Assembly: GCA_002269645.1 (NCBI GenBank)
Contig: NIVC01000010.1
Coordinates: 1,612,001 to 1,676,000, forward strand
Reading direction: 5' to 3'
DNA length: 64,000 nucleotides
From: Macrostomum lignano
Lineage: Eukaryota
Shown: in pieces, positions 12,752-23,400 of the stretch
Numbering within the stretch: position 1 is the stretch's first letter
Layout: each line of letters opens with the position of its first letter
Notes under the pieces: model-generated
Database searches by the model: none
The model's input: the letters and a program-made list of their open reading frames with translations, nothing else
What the model was told of the DNA's origin: nothing
Made by a program: the position numbers and the translations under genes

Positions 12752-13598
12752 GAGTGACTCTCTCTGATCTGTAGGTCAGGGTGGATGGCACAGTGAGTGA
12801 CTCTCTCTGATCTGTAGGTCAGGGTGGATGGCACAGTGAGTGACTCTCTCTGTAGGTTAAGGTGGATGGCACAGTGAGTGACTCTCTCTGATCTGTAGGT
12901 CAGGGTGGATGGCACAGTGAGTGACTCTCTCTGATCTGTAGGTCAGGGTGGATGGCACAGTGAGTGACTCTCTCTGTAGGTTAAGGTGAATGGCACAGTG
13001 AGTGACTCTCTCTGATCTGTAGGTCAGGGTGGATGGCACAGTGAGTGACTCTCTCTGTAGGTTAAGGTGGATGGCACAGTGAGTGACTCTCTCTGTAGGT
13101 CAGGGTGGATGGCACAGTGAGTGACTCTCTCTGTAGGTTAAGGTGGATGGCACAGTGAGTGACTCTCTCTGTAGGTTAAGGTGGATGGCACAGTGAGTGA
13201 CTCTCTCTGTAGGTTAAGGTGGATGGCACAGTGAGTGACTCTCTCTGATCTGTAGGTCAGGGTGGATGGCACAGTGAGTGACTCTCTCTGTAGGTTAAGG
13301 TGGATGGCACAGTGACTCTCTCTGTAGGTTAAGGTGGATGGCACAGTGACTCTCTCTGTAGGTTAAGGTGGATGGCACAGTGAGTGACTCTCTCTGTAGG
13401 TTAAGGTGGATGGCACAGTGACTCTCTCTGTAGGTTAAGGTGGATGGCACAGTGAGTGACTCTCTCTGTAGGTTAAGGTGGATGGCACAGTGACTCTCTC
13501 TGTAGGTTAAGGTGGATGGCACAGTGAGTGACTCTCTCTGTAGGTCAGGGTGGATGGCACAGTGAGTGACTCTCTCTGTAACGTCAGGGTGGATGGCT
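12752..13598. repeat. 38-bp (34-45 bp variants) minisatellite GGTGGATGGCACAGTGAGTGACTCTCTCTGTAGGTTAA
   Basis: About 21 tandem units. Confidence 0.95.
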
Positions 13599-14010
13599 CA
13601 GGGAGACATTTCGCCCTAAAAAGCTACTCAAGGTTTTCGTTTAGCCAACGACATAAAGAAAAAAGCATTCACGGCCGCTCTTATCGCGAAGTTCGACAGA
13701 GTTTGTGGTTATTCTTGATCTTTCGTCGATCGCCCAGCAATTTATGAGCAGAAATGTTTGATAACGCAATCTCTGTTGCTGGGCCTGCAAAGTTCTAATA
13801 GCCAAGATTTTTTTATCAAGTTTGCACAGCGCGCTGGCTCAGATCTATGCGGCATTCGAGTCCTCTGCAGCCGCTATCCAATAATCATAGTTATAGCTAG
13901 CATTAATATCGCGACAAAGTTGGGCTGCCACAGAGAACTGTAGAACCTCAGCTGCGGCAACTGACATCCATAGAAAAGTGCTATTGTAATTATTATTTTA
14001 CTAAGCTAAA

Positions 14011-17000
14011 ATGAAGAGCGAAAATGCAACCTATCCAGCTGAATTCGCTATCGAGTAAGACTATTTAACGTATTTTACTGAAATTAGTGTACTTTAAGTA
14101 GTATAACGCACGATATTGTCATGCATTAATGTAATTTACCTAGTGTACTGTTTATTGTCTACATAAGTTGTGACAGCACGCAGTTTACAGTTGACCGAGT
14201 AAAACTTTACTAAAGTCTCATTTATAAACTTCCAGCAAAGATTCCGAAGGCAAGGAAGATGAGAAGCCAAAACTTCCTCCAGTTTCCATCGCGAAATTGG
14301 TAAGCTCGTGGGTTTTTTGTCCCCTTGTCTCCCTCTCTTCTGTCTCCCTGTCTTCTGTCTCCCTCTCTTCTGTCTCCCTCTCTTCTGTCTCCCTCTCTTC
14401 TGTCTCCCTCTCTTCTGTCTCCCTCTCTTCTGTCTCCCTTTCTTCTGTCTCCCTCTCTTCTGTCTCCCTCTCCCTGTCTCCCTCTCCCTGTCTCCCTCTC
14501 TTCTGTCTCCCTCTCTTCTGTCTCCCTCTCTTCTGTCTCCCTTTCTTCTGTCTCCCTCTCTTCTGTCTCCCTCTCCCTGTCTCCCTCTCCCTGTCTCCCT
14601 CTCTTCTGTCTCCCTCTCTTCTGTCTCCCTCTCTTCTGTCTCCCTTTCTTCTGTCTCCCTCTCTTCTGTCTCCCTCTCCCTGTCTCCCTCTCCCTGTCTC
14701 CCTCTCTTCTGTCTCCCTCTCCCCGTCTCCCATGCACGTCCTTGAAACGAAATCCCTATTGTCTCCAAAATTATCCCCACCGCGTCTTCGCAGTTCCGCT
14801 TCGCCGACGGTCTGGACTGGCTTTGCATCGCCGCCGGCTCGGCATTCGCCGCCGGCCACGGCTGCGGCTGGCCGCTGATCTCCGTGATCTTCGGCCAGAT
14901 GACCAACGATTTCATCCGGCAGGGCACCCAGAACAGCAGCCAGCTGCCGTGGGCCAACGCCAGCGGGTTTGACTTCCTCGACTCCATGAACCGTTACGCC
15001 ATCCAGTACAGCATTGTTGGTGCCTGCGTGTTCGCCGCCTCCACTCTGCAGGTGGCGCTTTGGTCGCTGGCCTGCGAGCGGCAGGTGCACCGGATGCGAC
15101 TCGTGTTCTTCCGGTGAGTGAAGCGAGTTGCTTGAAAATAATTGTTTGTTGAAATATTGTCTGTTGCCGAGATGTGGAGCATACAGACAGTGTTTTTAAT
15201 AATGTTTTGTTGAAATTCAGCGGAGACTTTGTGAGACTATAGGGAGAAGTAGGTAAAACGGGAGAGGGAGACAGGGAGAGGGAGACAGGGAGAAGGAAAC
15301 AGGGAGAGGGAGACAGGGAGAGGGAGACAGGGAGAGGGAGACAGGGAGAAGGAAACAGGGAGAGGGAGACAGGGAGAGGGAGACAGGAAGAGGGAGACAG
15401 GGAGAAGGAAACAGGGAGAGGGAGACAGGGAGAGGGAGACAGGGAGAGGGAGACAGGGAGAGGGAGACAGGGAGAGGGAGACAGGGAGAGGGAGACAGGA
15501 AGAGGGAGACACGGAGAGTTAGGCAAGGAGAGGGAGACAGGGAGAGGGAGACAGGGAGAAGGAAACAGGGAGAGGGAAACAAGAAGTGGGAGACAGGGAG
15601 AGGGAGACAGGGAGAGGGAGACAGGGAGAGGGAGACAGGGAGAGGGAGACAGAGAGAGGGAGACAGGGAGAGGGAGACAGAAGAGAGGGAGACAGAAGAG
15701 AGGGAGACAGAAGAGAGGGAGACAGAAGAGAGGGAGACAGGGAGAGGGAGGCAGGGAGAGGGAGGCAGGGAGAGGGAGATAGGGAGAGGGAGACAGGGAG
15801 AGGGAGACAGGGAGAGGGAGACAGAGAGAGGGAGACAGGGAGAGGGAGGCAGGGAGAGGGAGACAGGGAGAGGGAGACAGGGAGAGGGAGACAGGGAGAG
15901 GGAGACAGAGAGAGGCAGGGAGAGGGAGATAGGGAGAGGGAGACAGGGAGAGGGAGACAGGGAGAGGGAGACAGAGAGAGGGAGACAGGGAGAGGGAGGC
16001 AGGGAGAGGGAGACAGGAGCTCTAAATTCGCCCTCTCCCTGTATAATCAAGCAAGCGAATAATATATTTGTCTTGTCTCGATGCACCGATATGTAGCGCA
16101 GTAAACTTTATCTAGAAGACCTTAAGTCTCACCCGCCCCCATGGCAGAGCGGTGCTCCGCCAGGAGATGAGCTGGTTCGATCAGCAGTCAAGCGGCGAGC
16201 TGACCACCCGACTTGCTGACGACCTGGAGAAGATCCGCGATGGCATCGGGGACAAGGTCAGCCTGTTGGCGCAGGCGGCGGCCGGTTTCTTCTCCGGGTT
16301 CATCATCGGCTTCTTCAAGAGCTGGCGCATGACGCTGGTCATGATGTCGCTGACGCCGCTGCTGGCCATCGGTGGCGGGCTGCTGGGTCGCCTCATCAGC
16401 AGCATCAGCAGCCGGGAGCAGGAGGCCTACGCCAAGGCTGGCGCGATAGCCGAGGAGACGATCAGCTGCGTGAAGACCGTCATGGCCTTCTGCGGGCAGG
16501 ACGACGAAGAGAAGAGATACGCCGTGGAACTGAAGAAGTCCATGAAGGAGGGCATTCGAAAGGTGGCAGAGTGTAGCACTGATGTCATTTGATTTTTGCT
16601 TGTAAAAGTACCTTGATAAGGCTGGTATCAGTATCACCTTTGGTTGCTAAGGCTGGTATTAGTATCACCTTTGGTTGCTAAGGATAGTATCAGTATCACC
16701 TTTGGTTGCTAAGGCTAGTATTAGTATCTTATTTGGTTGCTAAGGCTAGAATTATTACCACCTCTGGTTGCTAAGGCTAGTATTAGTATCTTATTTGGTT
16801 GCTAAGGCTAGAATTATTACCACCTCTGGTTGCTAAGGCTAGTATTAGTATCTTATTTGGTTGCTAAGGCTAGTATAGTATCACCTCTGGTTGCTGAGGC
16901 TAGTATTAGTATCTTATTTGGTTGCTAAGGCTAGAATTATTACCACCTCTGGTTGCTAAGGCTAGTATTAGTATCAACTCTGGTTGCTGAGCTAGTATTA

Positions 17001-20000
17001 GTATCACCTTTGGTTGCTAAGGATAGTATCAATATCACCTTTGGTTGCTAAAGACTGGTATTAGTATCACCTTTGGTTGCTAAGGATAGTATCAGTATCA
17101 CCTTTGGTTGCTAAGGCTGGTATTAGTATCACCTTTGGTTGCTAAGGATAGTATCAGTATCACATTTGGTTGCTAAGGCTGGTATTAGTTTCAATTCTGG
17201 TTGCTAAGGCTAGTATTAGTATCTTATTTGGTTGCTAAGGCTAGAATTGTTGCCACCTCTGGTTGCTAAGGCTAGTATTAGTATCGCCTCTGGTTGCTAA
17301 GGCTAGTATTAGTATCTTATTTGGTTGCTAAGGCTGGTATTAGTATCACCTTTGGTTGCTAAGGCTGGTATTAGTATCACCTTTGGTTGCTAAGGCTGGT
17401 ATTAGTATCACCTCAGGTTGCTGAGCTAGTATTAGTATCACCTTTGGTTGCCAAGGCTAGTATTAGTATCACCTCTGGTTGCTAAGGCTAGTATTAGTAT
17501 CACCTTTGGTTGCTAAGGCTGGTATTAGTATCACCTTTGGTTGCTAAGGATAGTATCAGCATCACCTTTGGTTGCTAAGGCTAGTATTAGTATCTTATTT
17601 GGTTGCTAAGGCTAGAATTATTACCACCTCTGGTTGCTAAGGCTAGTATTAGTATCTTATTTGGTTGCTAAGGCTAGAATTATTACCACCTCTGGTTGCT
17701 AAGGCTAGTATTAGTATCGCCTCTGGTTGCTAAGGCTAGTATTAGTATCTTATTTGGTTGCTAAGGCTAGAATTATTACCACCTCTGGTTGCTAAGGCTA
17801 GTATTAGTATCGCCTCTGGTTGCTAAGGCTAGTATTAGTATCTTATTTGGTTGCTAAGGCTAGAATTATTACCACCTCTGGTTGCTAAGGCTAGTATTAG
17901 TATTACCTCAGGTTGCTGAGGCTAGTAATATAGTGTCAACGTCGGTTGCTAAGGTGTATTCTGGTTGCTATCGTATTTCAATCGATCCTACACTGCAACA
18001 TAACTAAGAACAACCAAACCCCCGCAGAGCATAATCATAGGCAGTGGAATCGGATTCGTCATGCTCGTGCTGTACTCGGCCTATTGCCTAGCGTTCTGGT
18101 ACGGCGCCACCCAGGTGAAAGAGTGGCAGGAGAGTTTCGGCTTGAACGGCATCCCACCTGGAGATATTTTCACCGTGTTCTTCTGCGTCATGATTGGCAG
18201 CTTCTCGCTCGGCTTGGCCGGGCAGCCCTTCTCCCAGCTCATGTCGGCCAGGGGAGCCGCCGCCACCGTCTACGACATCATCGACCGGCGTCCCGTCATT
18301 AACGCCAGCGAGGAGTCGGCGGGAATGCGTCCGCCAGATGACGGTTGCCGAGGCGAGGTCAAATTTGACGGCGTGTCGTTCGCCTATCCGAACAGAACCG
18401 ACGCCAAAGTTCTTAGCGGAGTGTCGTTCAGTATTCGGCCCGGGCAGAGGGTGAGGCAGACAGAGGCAGCGCTCTATTAGATAGAGGCATCATCCATTAG
18501 ATAGAGGCATCATCCATTAGACAGAGGCATCATCCATTAGACAGAGGCATCATTCATTAGATAGAGGCATCATCCATTAGACAGAGGCATCATCCATTAG
18601 ACAGAGGCATCATCCATTAGACGGAGGCATCATTCATTAGATAGAGGCATCATCCATTAGACAGAGGCATCGACCATTAGACAGACGCATCATCCATTAG
18701 ACAGAGGCATCATCAATTAGATAGAGGCATCGTCTATTAGACAGACGCATCATCCATTAGACAGAGGCATCATCCATTTGACAGAGGCATCATCCATTTG
18801 ACAGAGGCATCATCCATAAGACAGAGGCATCATCCATAAGACAGAGGCATCATCTATTAGATAGAGGCATCGTCTATTAGACGGACGCATCATCCATTAG
18901 ACAGAGGCATCATCCATAAAGACAGAGGCATCATCCATTAGACAGAGGCATCATCCATTAGACAGAGGCATCATCCATTAGATAGAGGCATCGTCTATTA
19001 GACGGACGCATCATCCATTAGACAGATTCATCATCCATAAGACAGAGGCATCATCCATTTGACAGAGGCATCGTCCATTGGACAGAGGCATCATCCATAA
19101 GACAGAGGCATCATCCATAAGACAGAGGCATCATCCATAAGACAGAGGCATCATCCATAAGACAGAGGCATCGGCCATTAGACCTGAGGCATCGTCCATT
19201 AGACAGAGGCATCGTCCATTAGACAGAGGCATCATCCATAAGACAGACGCATCATCCATTAGACAGATGCATCGTCCATTAGACAGAGATGTCACCTGCT
19301 CAATGTGGAAGTCAATAAAATATGCAAGGGTCTAAATCTATCCAGTGAAACCGAATTTTCACCCAGGTGGCCCTCACTGGACCCTCCGGCAGTGGAAAGT
19401 CGTCCATCGTGAAGCTGTTGCTGCGGTTCTACGACCCGCTGGAGGGCAGCGTACACTTGGACGGACACGACTTGCGAGACTTGAATGCCGCCTGGTTGAG
19501 ATCAAAGATTGGAGTCGTGTCTCAGGTGAAAATATTTTAAATTATTCATTTGTTACGTCATTATTTTGTCACTATCATAAGAGCGTATAAAATGCTTCTA
19601 TGGCTACTTATTTTGGGCCATTAGTAGTAAACAGTAGCTATTACCAGAGCTATGCCTGCCGTTCTTTCTATTTCTTTAACGGATTCTTCCAGTCAGATGC
19701 TCCTTGTCGTCCTTGAGTAATTGCTAATGATTGAGTAGTGCAACTAATTCAAATGTCACAAAATCAATACAGGAGCCGGTGCTTTTTGCTTGTTCAATCG
19801 CCGACAATGTCCGCATGGGACGGCCGGACGCAACGATGTCGGAAATTGAAGACGCCTGCCGCCAGGCCAACGCGCACAACTTCATCTGCGGGTTGCCGGC
19901 CGGCTACGAGACGCTGGTTGGAGAGCGAGGCGCCCAACTAAGTGGCGGGCAGAAGCAGAGGGTGGCTCTGGCCAGAGCCCTCATTCGCAAGCCGGTGCTG

Positions 20001-20144
20001 CTGCTGCTGGATGAAGCAACTTCCGCATTGGACTCGGAGAGCGAAGCAATTGTGCAGGCGGCCTTGGACAAGGCGTCTGAGAACACGACAACGCTTGTGG
20101 TGGCGCATCGGTGAGAGTTGAATTATCAGTTAGTTAGTTAGTTG

Positions 20145-20217
<73 letters not shown>

Positions 20218-20218
20218 C

Positions 20219-20255
<37 letters not shown>

Positions 20256-20274
20256 GGTTAGTTAGTTAGTTAGC

Positions 20275-20337
<63 letters not shown>

Positions 20338-20368
20338 CTAGTTAGTTAGTTAGTTAGTTAGTTAGTTG

Positions 20369-20412
<44 letters not shown>

Positions 20413-23400
20413 TTAATGTTTTGATACCTCCAACTTCGCGCAGTCTGAGCACGGTGCGAAACGCCGACCTGATTCTGACGGTCAGCGAAGGCCGCATTCT
20501 GGAGGCTGGAACGCACGACGAGCTGATGGAGCGCAGAGGTCTGTACCACCAGCTGGTGTCGCTGCAGGAATTCGCCGACGAAGCCGAGCAGGCGGGCCGC
20601 ATGACTGGTGGGCAGGACTCCAGCCTGCTCAACGGCAGCGCCGCCAATGCCTCCGATACGGAGCAGCGTCGGCGGAGGACGTCAACGTCATTAAGTAAAA
20701 CTGATCGAGTGGCAGTTGAGATCGTCGCCGGAGCGTGTGAGCTGCGGGCCTGGCTTCAGCATTGTCTTCTCTTCAGAATCCCGATCCTGATCCCGATCCT
20801 GATCCCGATCCTGATCCCGATCCTGATCCCGATCCTGATCCCGATCCTGATCCCGATCCTGATCCCGATCCTGATCCCGATCCTGATCCCGATCCTGATC
20901 CCGATCCTGATCCCGATCCCGATCCTGATCCCGATCCTGATCCCGATCCCGATCCCGATCCTGATCCCGATCCTGATCCCGATCCTGATCCCGATCCTGA
21001 TCCCGATCCTGATCCCGATCCTGATCCCGATCCTGATCCCGATCCTGATCCCGATCCTGATCCCGATCCTGATCCCGATCCTGATCCCGATCCTGATCCC
21101 GATCCTGATCCCGATCCTGATCCCGATCCTGATCCCGATCCTGATCCCGATCCTGATCCCGATCCTGATCCCGATCCTGATCCCGATCCTGATCCCGATC
21201 CTGATCCCGATCCTGATCCCGATCCTGATCCCGATCCTGATCCCGATCCTGATCCCGATCCTGATCCCGATCCTGATCCCGATCCTGATCCCGATCCTGA
21301 TCCCGATCCTGATCCCGATCCTGATCCCGATCCTGATCCCGATCCTGATCCCGATCCTGATCCCGATCCTGATCCCGATCCTGATCCCGATCCTGATCCC
21401 GATCCTGATCCCGATCCTGATCCCGATCCTGATCCCGATCCTGATCCCGATCCTGATCCCGATCCTGATCCCGATCCTGATCCCGATCCTGATCCCGATC
21501 CTGATCCCGATCCTGATCCCGATCCTGATCCCGATCCTGATCCCGATCCTGATCCCGATCCTGATCCCGATCCTGATCCCGATCCTGATCCCGATCCTGA
21601 TCCCGATCCTGATCCCGATCCTGATCCCGATCCTGATCCCGATCCTGATCCCGATCCTGATCCCGATCCTGATCCCGATCCTGATCCCGATCCTGATCCC
21701 GATCCTGATCCCGATCCTGATCCCGATCCTGATCCCGATCCTGATCCCGATCCTGATCCCGATCCTGATCCCGATCCTGATCCCGATCCTGATCCCGATC
21801 CTGATCCCGATCCTGATCCCGATCCTGATCCCGATCCTGATCCCGATCCTGATCCCGATCCTGATCCCGATCCTGATCCCGATCCTGATCCCGATCCTGA
21901 TCCCGATCCTGATCCCGATCCTGATCCCGATCCTGATCCCGATCCTGATCCCGATCCTGATCCCGATCCTGATCCCGATCCTGATCCCGATCCTGATCCC
22001 GATCCTGATCCCGATCTCATCGCTCTCTATATCCCCAGTGACCGAGAATTCGAAAACAAAGGATGAGATGGAGAAAGCCAAACAGAAGGAGATGCTGGCC
22101 AACTCGCCAGGCTTTTTCGCCATTCTTCGAATGAACAAGCCCGAGTGGCCCTACATCCTGCTGGCCTGCGTTGGATCCCTCATCCTGGGCGGAGGAATGC
22201 CCCTGTTTGCCCTGTTCTTCTCCGAAGTGATTCGAGTATTCGGAAAGGTACTGATCGCCAGGGGCGTGGGGAGAGCGTTTGGGGAGCATGTGGTAGTACA
22301 TAGGCAGCTTTTGCGCGAGTGATATCCCTGGTGCTGGCGCCCCTGGTGCTAAAGCCCCTGGTGCTAAAGCCCCTGGTGCTAAAACCCCTGGTGCTAAAAC
22401 CCCTGGTGCTAAAACCCCTGGTGCTAAAACCCCTGGTGCTAAAGCCCCTGGTGCTAAAGCCCCTGGTGCTAAAGCCCCTGGTGCTAAAGCCCCTGGTGCT
22501 AAAGCCCCTGGTGCTAAAGCCCCTGGTGCTAAAGCCCCTGGTGCTAAAGCCCCTGGCTATTTTTGTGAGATGTTGTCCGTTTTACACTGAAAAAGAATCG
22601 TTCTAACGCAGAAGTCAATCTCTAGTTACTACGGTATTCTCACATTCTCCAGTTCGGAGACGAAATGCTGGCCGAAGCCACCTTCTGGGCGCTGATGTTC
22701 CTGGTCCTGGGCGCAAGCCAGTTTGTCGGCCACATCATCAGCGCGGCCGGCATGGGCATCTCCGGCGAGCGCCTGACCGCCAGGCTGAGGGCTCGCTATT
22801 TCCGTTCGATGCTACGCCAGGACATGAGCTTCTTTGACTCGCCGGACAATTCCGTTGGCGCGCTGACGACCAGACTTGCCTCTGACGCGTCCAGCGTTAA
22901 AGGCGCCGCTGGGGTTCGATTGGCGCTACCTTTGCAGGTATAGTAATGCCCTTCGGTGCATGCCCAATACCACCAATAGCCCCATGTAACATTCTTAGAA
23001 CATCCGCGTCACATTAGAATATACATGCCACATAAGAACAACCATGTCATATTAGAATGTCCGTTTCTCATTAGGACATCCGTGTCACATTAAAACAATG
23101 TCACATTCGAACAACTATGGTACATTAGAACATCCGTGTTACATAATAACGTCCGTATTACATTAGAACATCCGTGTCACATTGGAACATCTGCGTCACA
23201 TTAGAACATCCGTGTTACATTAGAACATCACTTCCTCCGCAGGCGATATTCGGTGCCGGAATAGGACTGGGCATCGCCCTGTACTACGGCTGGCAGTTGG
23301 CTCTCATGATTCTGGGCTGCGTGCCGCTCATGGCAGTGGCGGGTGCCGTTCACATGGCCTACCAGACCCGCTCGCAGAAAGCGTCAGACAAAGGCACCGA

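Noticed and set aside
2191-16086. Many long repetitive ORFs ([44 protein letters not shown] and others)
   Set aside because: All coincide with minisatellites that lack stop codons; there is no codon or domain evidence of coding.
20127-20411. Interstitial telomere repeat
   Set aside because: The unit is TTAG, not TTAGG or TTAGGG.
20421-22322. 633-aa, 460-aa, 434-aa and 415-aa ORFs with IPIL, RIGI, DP and SG repeats
   Set aside because: These are translations of the intronic 12-mer array; the true ABCB1 frame splices around it (20736 to 22039).
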